64,000 nucleotides of DNA from an uncultured Acidimicrobiales bacterium (GCA_963735375.1 CAVTKS010000006.1:1343099-1407098); one strand, 5' to 3'; shown: positions 19,407 through 30,042, numbered from the stretch's first letter. Program-made: numbers and translations. Notes: a model not told the origin generated them from the letters alone.

Positions 19407-20747
19407 ATGGTCGACGCCCGGTCGTGGGGTGAGCGCGATGCCGCGGTGGTGTGGCACGGGTTCACGCAGATGGCGAGCTACCTCGACAACGAGCCCCTCA
19501 TCATCGAGGCGGGCGACGGGCGCGAGTTGATCGACGTCGAGGGTCGTCGCTACCTCGACGCGATCTCGTCCCTGTGGGTCACCACGCTCGGCCACCGGGT
19601 ACCCGAGCTCGACCGGGCCCTGCGCGACCAGCTCGACCTCGTCGCCCACTCGACGCTGCTCGGCAACGGCAACCGCACGGTGATCGAGCTGGCCGAGGCG
19701 CTGGCTGCGGTCGTGCCGGTCGACGGGCCGCACTTCCTGTTCGCGTCCGACGGTGCCGCCGCGGTCGAGCAGGCGCTGAAGGTCGCCTTCCAGTACTGGG
19801 CAAACCTGGGCGTCGCAGGCCGCACCGGGTACCTCGCCCTCGGGCACGCGTACCACGGCGATACGGTCGGCTCGCTGTCGCTGGGCGCCGGGGGGTTCGG
19901 CACCGACCTGTTCGATCCCCTGCGGTTCGGAGCGCTCGCTGGCGCCGGGGGCAGCGCGGTGGTCCGCGCGCCCGGCTACGACGATCCCCGTGCTCTCGAG
20001 ATCGCGGCCGGGTTGGTCGACGAGCACGGACCGCACCTCGCCGCGGTGGTCGTGGAGCCGCTGGTGCAGGGTGCGGCGGGCATGCTCATCGCCGATCCCG
20101 GTGCGTACGGCCCGCTGGCCGATGCCTGCCGCCGCCACGACGTGCTGGTGATCTGCGACGAGGTGGCCACCGGCTTCGGCCGCACCGGCACCCTGTTCGC
20201 CAGCGAGCAGTGCGGGTTGCGTCCCGACCTGATGACGATCGGCAAGGGCCTGACCGGCGGCTACCTGCCGATGTCGGCCACGGTCGCGAGCGACCGGGTC
20301 TACCGGGCGTTCCTCGGCCCTGACCTGTCGGAGCGCACCTTCTACCACGGGCACTCCTACAGCGGGAACGCTCTGGCCGCGGCGGTGGCGCTCCGCCACC
20401 TGCGGTTGTACGACGAGTGGGACGTGCTCGCCAACGTGCGGGCGCGGGCCGCCACGCTGGCGCGGCTGGTGGGGGAGCGGATCACGCCGCTCGCCGCGGT
20501 GGCCGACGTGCGCCTGTGCGGCGTCATGGGCGGCGTCGAGCTGGCCCCGCCCGCGGACGGCCTGCGGTGGGGTCGCCAGGTGTGCGCTGCCGCCGTGCGC
20601 CGCGGCGTCCTGCTGCGCCCGCTCGGTGACGTCGTCGTGCTGATGCCCCCGCTGACCGTCACCGACGACGAGGTCGAACGCATCGTCGACACCCTGGCGG
20701 CGGCGATCACCGAGGTCACCGAGGTCACCGAGGTCGCCGCGTCGTGA
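19407..20747 (+). CDS. bioA: adenosylmethionine-8-amino-7-oxononanoate aminotransferase
   Basis: 446 aa, class-III aminotransferase pattern (WHGFTQM, DEVATGFGRTG, PLP lysine in TIGKGLTGGYLP). First gene of the bio operon. Confidence 0.93.
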   Translation: MVDARSWGERDAAVVWHGFTQMASYLDNEPLIIEAGDGRELIDVEGRRYLDAISSLWVTTLGHRVPELDRALRDQLDLVAHSTLLGNGNRTVIELAEALAAVVPVDGPHFLFASDGAAAVEQALKVAFQYWANLGVAGRTGYLALGHAYHGDTVGSLSLGAGGFGTDLFDPLRFGALAGAGGSAVVRAPGYDDPRALEIAAGLVDEHGPHLAAVVVEPLVQGAAGMLIADPGAYGPLADACRRHDVLVICDEVATGFGRTGTLFASEQCGLRPDLMTIGKGLTGGYLPMSATVASDRVYRAFLGPDLSERTFYHGHSYSGNALAAAVALRHLRLYDEWDVLANVRARAATLARLVGERITPLAAVADVRLCGVMGGVELAPPADGLRWGRQVCAAAVRRGVLLRPLGDVVVLMPPLTVTDDEVERIVDTLAAAITEVTEVTEVAAS

Positions 20748-21931
20748 CCGACGGCTGGGACGGGCGGGTCGACGGCGAGCTGGCCGGCATCCGTGCCGCG
20801 GGACGATGGCGGGTCACCCGCGAGCTGACGACCACCGGCCCGGTGACCGGAGAGCTCGACGGTCGCACGGTCGTCACCTTCGCGTCGAACGACTACCTGG
20901 GCCTGACCCACCACCCCGCCGTCGTCGCCGGCGGCCACGCCGCGCTCGACCGCTGGGGGGCGGGCTCCGGTGCGTCGCGGCTGGTCGTCGGGTCCCGTCC
21001 GTTGCACGCCGAGCTCGAGGCCGAGCTGGCGGCGTGGAAGGGCACCGAGGCGGCTCTGCTCTTCCCGACGGGGTTCGCCGCGAACCTGGGCCTCCTGGCG
21101 ACGTTCGGCGGGGCCGACGTGACGATCCTGTCGGACGAGCTCAACCACGCGTCGATCGTCGACGGAGCCCGTCTGGCCCGCGCCGCCGTGCGCGTCTACG
21201 CCCACGGCGACCTCGACCACCTGGCCAAGGTGCTGGTCGAGGTCGATGCCCAGGCTCGGGGGCCGGTCCTGGTGGTGACCGACAGCGCGTTCTCGATGGA
21301 CGGCGATGTCGCCGACGTCGACGGGCTGATCGAGGTGTGCGCCGGGCACGACGCCCTCGTGGTGCTCGATGAGGCCCACGCCGTGATGGGACCCGACGTC
21401 GATGCCAGGCAGGCGGCCGACCGGGGCGTCACGGTGCTGCGCATGGGCACGCTGTCGAAGGCCCTCGGGTCGCTGGGCGGGTTCGTGGCCGGCCCGCGCC
21501 GCTACGTCGACCTGCTGCTCAACCGGGCGCGACCGTTCATCTTCACCACGGCCCCGACCCCGGCCGACATCGGTGCGGCGCTGGCGGCCGTCCGCGTCGT
21601 GCGCTCAGACGAGGGCCACGAGCTCGTCACCCGACTGCGCCGCCACGTCGACCGGCTGCGCCCTGGGCACCCGACGCCGATCGTGCCTGTCGTGCTCGGC
21701 GACGAGGCGGCCGCGATGGCGGCGGCGGCCGATCTGTTCGACCGCGGCCTGCTGGTCCCCGCGATCAGGCCCCCGACCGTCCCGGTCGGCACGTCGCGGC
21801 TGCGCGTCGCGCTGTCGGCCGTCCACACCGACGCGCAGGTCGACCGGCTCGTCGCCGCGCTGGCCGACCTACCGGACCCGGCAGTCGAGCCGTCGTCGTC
21901 ACCGGAGCGGCCCGGTGACGAACCGTCCTGA
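20744..21931 (+). CDS. bioF: 8-amino-7-oxononanoate synthase
   Basis: 395 aa, alpha-oxoamine synthase pattern (FASNDYLGL, PLP lysine in GTLSKALGSLGG). GTG start overlaps the bioA stop. Confidence 0.93.
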   Translation: MTDGWDGRVDGELAGIRAAGRWRVTRELTTTGPVTGELDGRTVVTFASNDYLGLTHHPAVVAGGHAALDRWGAGSGASRLVVGSRPLHAELEAELAAWKGTEAALLFPTGFAANLGLLATFGGADVTILSDELNHASIVDGARLARAAVRVYAHGDLDHLAKVLVEVDAQARGPVLVVTDSAFSMDGDVADVDGLIEVCAGHDALVVLDEAHAVMGPDVDARQAADRGVTVLRMGTLSKALGSLGGFVAGPRRYVDLLLNRARPFIFTTAPTPADIGAALAAVRVVRSDEGHELVTRLRRHVDRLRPGHPTPIVPVVLGDEAAAMAAAADLFDRGLLVPAIRPPTVPVGTSRLRVALSAVHTDAQVDRLVAALADLPDPAVEPSSSPERPGDEPS

Positions 21932-22577
21932 GCGGCTCGTCCTGGTCGTCGGCACGAGCACCGAGGTCGGAAAGACCTGGGTGGCATGCCGCCTGGCCCG
22001 CGCCCTGCGCCGTCGCGGGCTGATCGTCGCCGCCCGCAAGCCCGCCCAGTCGTACGAACCGACCGACGACCTCAGCGACACCGACGCCGCGCTGCTCGCC
22101 CACGCCACGGGCGACCATCCGGCGGTCGTCTGCCCCCAACACCGGTGGTATCCCGCGGCGATGGCGCCGCCGATGGCGGCGGAGGCGCTCGGCCGCCGGC
22201 CGTTCACGGTCGCCGACCTGGTGAGCGAGCTGGCCTGGCCGCCGGCCGTCGGCGTGGGCCTCGTCGAGGCGGCGGGCGGCGTGCGCTCGCCGATCGCCGC
22301 CGACGGCGACTCGGTGACGCTCACCGCGGCTCTGCGTCCGGACAGGGTCGTGCTGGTGGCCGACGCGGGGCTGGGCACCATCAACGGGGTGCGCCTGTCG
22401 GCCGCCGCGTTCGCCGGGGCGGGCTCGCCGGCACCGGTCACGGTCGTGCTCAACCGTTTCGACGCCTCCGACGACCTCCACCTCCGCAACCACGAGTGGC
22501 TCACCGCACGTGACGGCCACCATGTGGTGACCGATCCGGGCGACCTCGTCGCGCCGATCGTGGGCTGGCCGTCGTAG
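21915..22577 (+). CDS. bioD: dethiobiotin synthase
   Basis: GTG 21915 lies inside ORF 21402-22577. P-loop GTSTEVGKT. It overlaps the bioF 3' end. Confidence 0.88.
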   Translation: MTNRPERLVLVVGTSTEVGKTWVACRLARALRRRGLIVAARKPAQSYEPTDDLSDTDAALLAHATGDHPAVVCPQHRWYPAAMAPPMAAEALGRRPFTVADLVSELAWPPAVGVGLVEAAGGVRSPIAADGDSVTLTAALRPDRVVLVADAGLGTINGVRLSAAAFAGAGSPAPVTVVLNRFDASDDLHLRNHEWLTARDGHHVVTDPGDLVAPIVGWPS

Positions 22578-22596
22578 CCCTGGTGGCGCCGGGCCC

Positions 22597-23457
22597 TCAG
22601 CCGGCCGTGGCCGTGACGAGCCAGGCGCGGCCGGGCAGCTCGATCCCGTCCGGCCCGGCGACATCCTCGAGCGTCGTGTGCAGTGCCGCGATCGCCCGGT
22701 CGACCAGCCCAGGGGGCTTGCCCTCGAACATCGCACGGGCGATCGACTGGTTGCGCATGTACCCGACGGCGTCGTCGACGTCGGAGCCGAGCCACATCGG
22801 GTGGGCCACCTCGCCGATCGCCACGTCCGTGAACCCGCCCGACGCGAGCACCGAGCGCACGCGGTCGGGCTCGGCCAGCGAGAACGGTCCGGGCGCGTCC
22901 GGCCCGCCGAGGTCGGGGAAGCCGACGTGCTCGGCGATGGCGCTGCCCGGGATCATCATCCAGTCGTTGACGAGCAGTGACTGCCAGCAGACGAAGGCGA
23001 GCCGTCCGCCGCCGACCGTCCCGCGGCGGATGTTGGCGAAGGCCGCGCCGGGATCGTCGAAGAACATGACGCCGAAGCGGCTGACCGCCACGTCGATGCT
23101 GTCGGGTGCGAAGGCCCTGACCTGGGCGTCCGCCTGCTCGAAGGTGGCGTTGCCCGGCCTGAACCCGGCTGTCTCGGCCCGTGCGCGCTCGATCATCGGC
23201 TGGCCGATGTCGACGCCGAGCGCCTCGCCTGCGGACGCCTGGCGCGCCGCGGCGCGGGTGAGCGCGCCGGTGCCACAACCGACGTCGAGGACGCGGTCGG
23301 TCGGGGCGATCGCGGCGGCGCCGAGGACCGCCTCGCCGTAGGCGGCGAGCGCCCGGTCATGGCGTTCGGCGTTGTTGACCCAGTGCTCGCCGGCCACGCC
23401 GTTCCAATTGTCGGACATGGCGGCGTTGGGCGCGGCAGGGTCGGTCGGCTGAGGCAT
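22597..23457 (-). CDS. class I SAM-dependent methyltransferase
   Basis: ATG 23457 lies inside ORF 22597-23868. Motif I VLDVGCGTG plus a post-I acidic residue. The substrate is unknown. Confidence 0.85.
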   Translation of the reverse strand: MPQPTDPAAPNAAMSDNWNGVAGEHWVNNAERHDRALAAYGEAVLGAAAIAPTDRVLDVGCGTGALTRAAARQASAGEALGVDIGQPMIERARAETAGFRPGNATFEQADAQVRAFAPDSIDVAVSRFGVMFFDDPGAAFANIRRGTVGGGRLAFVCWQSLLVNDWMMIPGSAIAEHVGFPDLGGPDAPGPFSLAEPDRVRSVLASGGFTDVAIGEVAHPMWLGSDVDDAVGYMRNQSIARAMFEGKPPGLVDRAIAALHTTLEDVAGPDGIELPGRAWLVTATAG

Positions 23458-23567
23458 GCCCGCATCATGCCACACATGTACCCCTAGGGGGGAGGGGTAT
23501 CCACCAACCCGCCGCGAGATCGGGTGCTCGGGCGCCGGATCCCGCGGCCGAAAACCGGGGCCGGCGG

Positions 23568-24065
23568 TCAGTCGCCCCGGCCGGCGCGGGCGATGGCCCT
23601 GGCGGCCTCGCGCGAGGCGTCGCGCTCGGCCAGCACCTGGCGCTTGTCGTAGGTCTTGCGGCCCCGGGCCAGCGCCAGCTCGACCTTGACCCGGCCGTCC
23701 TTGAAGTACAGCGAGAGCGGGATCAACGACAGGTGCTGCTCGTCGACGATGGCCCGCAGCCGGTCGAGCTCGGACCGGTGGAGCAGCAGCTTGCGCCGCC
23801 GCTCCGGCTCGTGGCCCGAGTGGTCCTGCGCGTGCGAGTAGACCCCGATGTGCATCGAGACCAGCCACGCCTCGCCACCCTCGATGCGCGCGAACGCGTC
23901 GCCGATCTGCGCGTGGGCGTCGCGCAGCGACTTCACCTCACTGCCGCGCAGGACGAGCCCTGCCTCGACGGTCTCGAGGATCTCGTAGTTGCGCCGCGCC
24001 TTGCGGTTCGCGGCGATGATCTTGGTGCCGGAGTAGCCGTCGGCGCGGGTCTTGGAACGAGCCAT
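23568..24065 (-). CDS. smpB: SsrA-binding protein SmpB
   Basis: ATG 24065 (MARSK...) lies inside ORF 23568-24104. Typical pattern: IAANRKARRNYEI...LVLRGSEVKSLR...LLLHRSELDRL. Confidence 0.95.
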   Translation of the reverse strand: MARSKTRADGYSGTKIIAANRKARRNYEILETVEAGLVLRGSEVKSLRDAHAQIGDAFARIEGGEAWLVSMHIGVYSHAQDHSGHEPERRRKLLLHRSELDRLRAIVDEQHLSLIPLSLYFKDGRVKVELALARGRKTYDKRQVLAERDASREAARAIARAGRGD

Positions 24066-24200
24066 AGGTGGGATGAGCAGGGTACCGCCGACGGTGGCGG
24101 ACACGGCCCGGGCATTGCCGGGCGGCCCCTGCCGGCACGGCCGCGTGGCGCCGGGGAGGGGTGCTACTCGTGGTGCGTCGCACCACTAGCCTCGTCGCTC

Positions 24201-24608
24201 GTGCTGTCGCTGACGGAGGACGTGTGGCATCAGATGGTCGGCCAGGCCTACGACGGCCTGCCCGACGAGGGGTGCGGCCTGTTCGCCGGCGACCCCGCCA
24301 GCGGCCTGGCCAACGTGTTCTACCCGTGCCGCAACGCCGCCGAGTCGAGCCGCGTCTACACGGTCGACCCCCGCGACCACCTGCGGGCCGACCGCGACGC
24401 CGAGGGTCGCGGGCTCGAGATCATCGGCGTGATGCACAGCCACACGCACACCGAGGCCTACCCGTCGCCCACCGACGTCGCCCAGGCCCCGGACCCGTCC
24501 TGGCACTACGTGATCGTGTCGCTCAAGCGCGAGTCCGCGGTGCTGCGCTCGTACCTCATCGTCGACGGCGAGATCTCGGAGGAGGCGGTGGGTCTCGACG
24601 GTCGGTAG
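24201..24608 (+). CDS. mec: JAMM/MPN+ metalloprotease (Mec / CysO-cysteine peptidase-like)
   Basis: GTG 24201 lies inside ORF 23733-24608. JAMM motif HSHTHTEAYPSPTD preceded by EGCG. Lies directly upstream of cysM. Confidence 0.85.
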   Translation: MLSLTEDVWHQMVGQAYDGLPDEGCGLFAGDPASGLANVFYPCRNAAESSRVYTVDPRDHLRADRDAEGRGLEIIGVMHSHTHTEAYPSPTDVAQAPDPSWHYVIVSLKRESAVLRSYLIVDGEISEEAVGLDGR

Positions 24609-24658
24609 CATTGCTGAGCGAACCAGTCGGATTTAGCAGCCCCCCGGGAACCCCATCC

Positions 24659-25606
24659 ATGGCCGTCTTCTCCTCGATCCTCGACCTCATCGGCAACACC
24701 CCGATGGTCGACATCAGCAGCCTCAGCCCCAATCCCGATGTCCGCATCCTGGCCAAGCTCGAGGGGCAGAACCCGGCGGGCTCGATCAAGGACCGCATCG
24801 CCTGGAACATGGTGCAGGAGGCCGAGGCCGACGGCACCCTCACCCCGGGGCGCACGATCATCGAGCCGTCGTCGGGCAACACCGGCATCGCGCTGTCGAT
24901 GATCGCCCGCACCCGTGGGTACCCCATCAAGATCGTCATGCCCGAGAACGTGTCGATCGAGCGGCGCCAGGCGCTCGAGGTGTGGGGCGCCGAGATCATC
25001 GTGACCCCGGGCGCCGAGGGCTCCAACGGCGCCGTGCGCCACGCCCGGGCGCTGGCTGACGAGCACCCCGAGTGGGCCTTCCTCTACCAGTACGCCAATG
25101 AGGCCAACCCGCGGGCGCACTTCGACGGCACCGGCCCCGAGATCTGGCGCGACTGCCCCGAGATCACCCACTTCGTCGCCGGGCTCGGCACCACCGGCAC
25201 CCTCATGGGGGTCGGGCGGTACCTCAAGGAGCAGAACCCCGACGTCAAGATCGTCGCCATCGAGCCGCCGCTGGGCGAGCGGGTCGAGGGGCTGCGGAAC
25301 CTCGACGACGGCTACATCCCGCCCGTGTACGACAAGTGGGGCGGGCAGGACCTGCTCGACCGCAAGCGCATCGTGCGGCCGCGCGAGTCGATCGAGTGGA
25401 CCCGACGGCTCGTCGATGTCGGCATCTTCTCGGGCATCTCGGGTGGCGCCGCCCTCGCCGGCGCGGCGAAGGTGGCCGGCGAGATCACCTCGGGCACCAT
25501 CGTCGTGATCCTGGCCGACGGCGGGTGGAAGTACCTGTCCACGGGCGCGTGGACGGGCGACATCGACGAGGTCACCGCCCTCGCCGAGCGGATCATCGTC
25601 TTCTAG
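24659..25606 (+). CDS. cysM: PLP-dependent cysteine synthase (CysM-type)
   Basis: ATG 24659 lies inside ORF 24161-25606. PLP lysine in NPAGSIKDR, plus SSGNTGIAL and GLGTTGTLMG motifs. Confidence 0.92.
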   Translation: MAVFSSILDLIGNTPMVDISSLSPNPDVRILAKLEGQNPAGSIKDRIAWNMVQEAEADGTLTPGRTIIEPSSGNTGIALSMIARTRGYPIKIVMPENVSIERRQALEVWGAEIIVTPGAEGSNGAVRHARALADEHPEWAFLYQYANEANPRAHFDGTGPEIWRDCPEITHFVAGLGTTGTLMGVGRYLKEQNPDVKIVAIEPPLGERVEGLRNLDDGYIPPVYDKWGGQDLLDRKRIVRPRESIEWTRRLVDVGIFSGISGGAALAGAAKVAGEITSGTIVVILADGGWKYLSTGAWTGDIDEVTALAERIIVF

Positions 25607-25642
25607 GTACCGGCGTCTCACGTCGGGAGGGAGAGGCCAGCC

Positions 25643-26539
25643 GTGAAGGTGCGCATCGGAGTGGGCCTCGGCACGCAGACGCTGGCGGGCGACGCCGAGC
25701 GCTTCCCCGGGTTCGTCGACGCGCTCGAACTGCGCGGGTTCGACTCGCTGTGGCTCAGCGAGCGGCTCACCGGGCCGGCCCCCGACCCGCTCATCGCCCT
25801 CGCCGTGGCCGCCGGGCGCACCCGCAAGCTCAAGCTCGGCACGAGCGTCCTGGTGGTGCCGGGCCGCAACCCCGTGGTGCTCGCCAAGCAGCTGGCGAGC
25901 CTCGACCAGTTGTCGGGCGGTCGCCTGTTGCCGGGCGTCGGCCTGGGTGCGCCCGTGCCGGCCGAGCATCGCGCGTTCGGCGTCGACCGGCGGGCGCGGG
26001 CGAGCCTGTTCGACGAAGCGGTGGTGCTGATGCGCCGCCTGTGGACCGAGGACGACGTCCACCACGACGGCGTGCACTTCCACGTCGAGGGCGTCACGCT
26101 GCGGCCGCGCCCGCGCCAGCAGCCGATCGACGTGTGGTTGGGCGGCACCGCGCCGTCGGAGCTCCGGCGCACCGGCCGGTACGGCGACGGCTGGCTGCCG
26201 TCGTTCACCGTGCCCGACGAGGTCGAGGCCGGGTGGGCCACCATCACCGAGGTGGCCGCCGAGCACGACCGGGCGATCGACCCCGAGCACCTGGGTGTGC
26301 TCGTGATCTATACGCGGGGGGAGCTGCCGGAGGCAATCGCCCGTGTCGTCGCCTCCCGCCGGCCCGAGCTCGACCCACGGGACGTCGTGCCCTCCGGCAT
26401 CGACGGCGTGCGCCGCCAGCTCGAGCGGTTCATCGCGGTGGGTGCGTCGAAGTTCGTGGTCGTCCCGTTGGAGGATCCCGCCGACTGGGATGTGGAGCTG
26501 TCCGAGCTCGCCGAGACGCTGCTGCCGCTCGAGACCTGA
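25643..26539 (+). CDS. luciferase-like (LLM-class) F420-dependent oxidoreductase
   Basis: 298 aa with a TIM-barrel LLM pattern (FDSLWLSERL...LGTSVLVVPGRNPVVLAKQLASLDQLSGGRLL). Confidence 0.85.
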   Translation: MKVRIGVGLGTQTLAGDAERFPGFVDALELRGFDSLWLSERLTGPAPDPLIALAVAAGRTRKLKLGTSVLVVPGRNPVVLAKQLASLDQLSGGRLLPGVGLGAPVPAEHRAFGVDRRARASLFDEAVVLMRRLWTEDDVHHDGVHFHVEGVTLRPRPRQQPIDVWLGGTAPSELRRTGRYGDGWLPSFTVPDEVEAGWATITEVAAEHDRAIDPEHLGVLVIYTRGELPEAIARVVASRRPELDPRDVVPSGIDGVRRQLERFIAVGASKFVVVPLEDPADWDVELSELAETLLPLET

Positions 26540-26677
26540 CCGATGCCACCGACAGCGCCCAGTCCTCTTCAGTGCCGATCACGCCAAGAGGCCGAGCGGA
26601 CCCACCAACCTCGACAGGACCGTGGCGCGGGACGAATGTTTGTGCATAGAGTCTGCAAGAACATCGCAGGGGGCACC

Positions 26678-27824
26678 GTGACCACAGACGCCAACACGAC
26701 CGGCAGCACCGACGGCACCACCGACCAGGTGGTGTTCGCCGCACCCGAGCTTCTGGCCTCGCACCGCTACGCCGAGCCCCTCGTCGTCGGCGGCGTGCGG
26801 TGCCACGGTGGCTTCGACGACGACGGCGCCTACATGTCGCCCCGCACGGCCAACCGCGTGCCGGCAATCGCCGCGTGGCAGGCCAAGCACCGGCGCGACT
26901 TCGGCACCGAGCCGCTCGACCTGCCGCTCCACACGTGGCCCGAGCACTACCCGAACGTGGCGCAGGCGCGGTTCCTCATCGCCAGCGGGGTCCCCGAGCC
27001 GGTCATCGCCACGCTGACCCGCGTCGGCACGGTCGAGGGTTTCGGCGGCCTGATCCGTCACTCACCCATCCCGGACATGCGCCGTGTCGTCGACGAGGAC
27101 ACCAGCGGGACCGCGCTGGCCCACCTCGGGAGCGGGTTGTTCGAGGCGCACGCCCGCGACGAGGCCGGCCACGAGGACGAGGGCGGGCACGAGCACATGT
27201 GGTTCGCGGCGCGCGACGTGGCGTTCGAGAACCCGGTCACCGAGGACGCCCGGGCGCTCATGCTCGAGCGCATGGGCATCGTCCCGCCCGGCGGCGGAGC
27301 GATCGACCCGGCCGCGCTCGCGCGCGGCGGCGCTCGCCAACCGCCAGTGGCCCGCCGACGTCGACTTCGACCTCGAGGTGCTCATCACACGCATGGTGCG
27401 GCTGCTGCTGATCGAGATCTCCGCGTTCCACACCTTCGCGTGGGCCGAGGAGCTGCTCGCCGACCCCGACCTCGTGGCCGGTGACGGAGAGGCGGCGCGC
27501 CTCGTGTCCTACATCCGGGCCGACGAGACTCCTCACGTCGACTACCTGCGCACGGCGCTCTCCGAGTTGCGCGACCGCACCGTCGTCGGCGACGGCGGCA
27601 CCCGCCACGCGGGGGCCGAGCTCGTCGGGGGTCTCTGGGAGAGCTCGCTCGCCCAGTCGGTCGGCCCCAACCGCCGCCAGATACTCGACACCATGTGGAC
27701 CGAGGTCCGCCACGCCGTGGGTGATCGGCCGGGCGCTGCCGACCTCCTCGCCCGCTTCGACGAGCTGGGTTCGGTCCACCGTCGGGACGACGGCACCTGG
27801 GTCGAGGCCGCCGTCGCCGCCTGA
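26678..27824 (+). pseudogene. frameshift-interrupted gene for a protein with ExxH-type (ferritin-like/di-iron?) motifs
   Basis: The N-terminal 2/3 is in the frame of ORF 26543-27484 (from GTG 26678). The C-terminal 1/3 is in the frame of ORF 27084-27824. Protein-like sequence switches frame at about 27320-27335 (a +1 shift, one surplus nt) inside gcgcgcggcggcgc. ExxH motifs: EGGH and ETPH. Confidence 0.6.
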
Positions 27825-27852
27825 CGCCACGTCGCTGCGTAACCTGCCCCAG

Positions 27853-28608
27853 GTGGACGACGCGCCCGACGCACCTGGCGACCTCGCCGTGACGGTGCTC
27901 GGGTGCTCGGGGTCCTACGCCGGCCCCGGCGAAGCTTGCAGCGGCTACCTCGTCCGGTCACCCGGGGCCACGATCGTGGTCGACCTGGGATCGGGCACCC
28001 TCGCCAACCTCCAACGCCACGTGGCCGTGGCCGACGTCGACGCCCTGGTGCTCACCCACGAGCACCCGGACCACTGGCTCGACCTGCCAGTGCTCCGCAA
28101 CGCGATGCGCTACCTCCTCGACCTGGCGGACCTGCCCGTATACGGCACCGCCGGCACCATGGTGCTGGCCCGAACGCTCATCCGGGAGCTGACGCCGACC
28201 CTGGTGTGGCAGACGATCGACGGCGACTCGGTCGTCGAGGTCGGCGACCTGTCCCTGCGGTTCAGCACCACCGACCACCCCGTCGAGACGCTCGCCGTGC
28301 GGATCGACCGGGACGAGCGGTCGCTGCTGTACAGCGCGGACACCGGCCCGGCCTGGGATGCTCAGCCCATCGGCGAGGCCGTCGGCACCTTTCTCTGCGA
28401 GGCCTCGTTCGCGCCCTCGGACGAAGATCGCCACCAGCACCTCTCCGCCCGGCAGGCCGCCGGTTTCGCCCGCTCGATCCGCGCCGGCAGGCTCGTGCTG
28501 ACCCATGTGCCGCCGGGCGTGGACGCCGCCGAGCAGCGCCGCCTCGCCGCGGACGTGTACGACGGCCCGATCGACCTGGCCACCACGGGCGCGACGTTCG
28601 CCGCCTGA
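27853..28608 (+). CDS. MBL-fold metallo-hydrolase
   Basis: GTG 27853 lies inside ORF 27481-28608. Motif HEHPDH with downstream His/Asp ligands. Confidence 0.85.
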   Translation: MDDAPDAPGDLAVTVLGCSGSYAGPGEACSGYLVRSPGATIVVDLGSGTLANLQRHVAVADVDALVLTHEHPDHWLDLPVLRNAMRYLLDLADLPVYGTAGTMVLARTLIRELTPTLVWQTIDGDSVVEVGDLSLRFSTTDHPVETLAVRIDRDERSLLYSADTGPAWDAQPIGEAVGTFLCEASFAPSDEDRHQHLSARQAAGFARSIRAGRLVLTHVPPGVDAAEQRRLAADVYDGPIDLATTGATFAA

Positions 28609-28712
28609 GCCCGGCTGCGTCGGTCGGTTGTCGGGCGGTCTCCGGCCGCGGGGCGTGGCGGAGCATGGCCGGCGTGCGGGCGGGCCGGCGGCCTGGATTA
28701 CCGTGCGTGGCG

Positions 28713-29462
28713 ATGAGACCCGACGGACGAGCACCCGACGAGCTGCGCCCCATCGCGTTCGAGCGCGACTTCACCGAGATGGCCGCGGGGTCGTGCCTGG
28801 TCAGCTTCGGGCAGACGCGAGTGCTGTGCACTGCGTCGATCGACGAGGACGTGCCCCGTTGGATGCGCGGCCGCGGCACCGGCTGGGTCACCGCCGAGTA
28901 CTCGATGCTGCCCGGCTCGTCGCCCGAGCGGGTGCGACGGGAGGTCAAGGACGGCAAGCCGTCCGGGCGCAGCCAGGAGATCCAGCGGCTCATCGGTCGC
29001 GCGTTGCGCACGGTGTGCGACATGGGTCGGCTGGGGGAGCGGCAGGTCATCGTCGACTGCGACGTCCTCCAGGCAGACGGCGGCACCCGCACGGCCTCGA
29101 TCTGCGGTGGCTACGTGGCTCTGCACGACGCGCTGGCACGCCTGGTCCAGCAGCGCGTCATCGCCAACCACCCGCTCACCGCGTTCTGCGCTGCGATCTC
29201 GGTCGGCGTGGTCGACGGGGTGCCGGTGCTCGACCTGCCGTATGTCGAGGACTCGGCGGCCGACGTCGACATGAACGTCGTCATGACGTCAGAAGGCCGG
29301 TTCGTCGAGGTGCAGGGCACCGCCGAACGCCAGGCGTTCACCCGCGGCGAGCTCGACGCGATGCTGGGTCTGGGCGAGAAGGGGATCGCCGAGATCATCG
29401 ACCTCCAACGGCGGATCGTGGCGGAGCCGCCGCCGTTCCGCCGGGTGTCGAAGCAGGCGTGA
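28713..29462 (+). CDS. rph: ribonuclease PH
   Basis: ATG 28713 lies inside ORF 27903-29462. [13 protein letters not shown]...[11 protein letters not shown]...[16 protein letters not shown] is typical of RNase PH. Confidence 0.96.
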   Translation: MRPDGRAPDELRPIAFERDFTEMAAGSCLVSFGQTRVLCTASIDEDVPRWMRGRGTGWVTAEYSMLPGSSPERVRREVKDGKPSGRSQEIQRLIGRALRTVCDMGRLGERQVIVDCDVLQADGGTRTASICGGYVALHDALARLVQQRVIANHPLTAFCAAISVGVVDGVPVLDLPYVEDSAADVDMNVVMTSEGRFVEVQGTAERQAFTRGELDAMLGLGEKGIAEIIDLQRRIVAEPPPFRRVSKQA

Positions 29463-30025
29463 CCAGGGTCCTGCTGGCCACCGGCAACGCCCACAAGGTC
29501 GGCGAGATCCAGGCGATCCTGGGCGAGGCGTGGCAGGTCGAGGCCCGCGATCCCGACGTCGAGGAGACCGGGGCGACGTTCGAGCAGAACGCGCTCATCA
29601 AGGCGCGGGCGCTCGCCCACCAGACGGGTGAGCTGGCGATCGCCGATGACTCGGGCATCGAGATCGACGCCCTGGGCGGCGCACCGGGCGTGCACTCCGC
29701 CCGCTGGACCGACGAGGGCGACTGGATCCCTCGCGTCCTGCGCGAGCTCGCCGGGATCGGGTCCGGCGGTCGCGGGTGCCGCTACGTGTGCGCGGCCGCC
29801 GCCGTCTGGCCCGCCGGATCGGGGCGCGACGAAGTCGTCGTGCGGGGCACGGTCGAGGGCGTCGTGCCGGACGGCCCGCGGGGGAGCGGTGGGTTCGGCT
29901 ACGACCCGATCATGGTCCCGGTCGAGGGCGACGGCCGCACGTTCGCGGAGATGGCCGAGGCCGACAAGCACGCCCTCAGCCACCGGGGCCGCGCGTTCCG
30001 CGCCCTGGCACCCCACCTGACGTGA
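29459..30025 (+). CDS. rdgB: non-canonical purine NTP pyrophosphatase (RdgB/HAM1 family)
   Basis: GTG 29459 overlaps the rph stop. [11 protein letters not shown]...[20 protein letters not shown]...GFGYDPI...HRGRAF. Confidence 0.93.
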   Translation: MTRVLLATGNAHKVGEIQAILGEAWQVEARDPDVEETGATFEQNALIKARALAHQTGELAIADDSGIEIDALGGAPGVHSARWTDEGDWIPRVLRELAGIGSGGRGCRYVCAAAAVWPAGSGRDEVVVRGTVEGVVPDGPRGSGGFGYDPIMVPVEGDGRTFAEMAEADKHALSHRGRAFRALAPHLT

Positions 30026-30042
30026 CCTGAGCTCCCGAGAAA

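Noticed and set aside
20700-20747. (ACCGAGGTC)x3 micro-repeat at the 3' end of bioA, and the Ala/Thr/Pro-coding repeats in the secA linker (11820-11910).
   Set aside because: These are short in-frame low-complexity expansions in non-conserved termini or linkers (TEVTEVTEV and [22 protein letters not shown]). Nothing indicates a function beyond spacer sequence.
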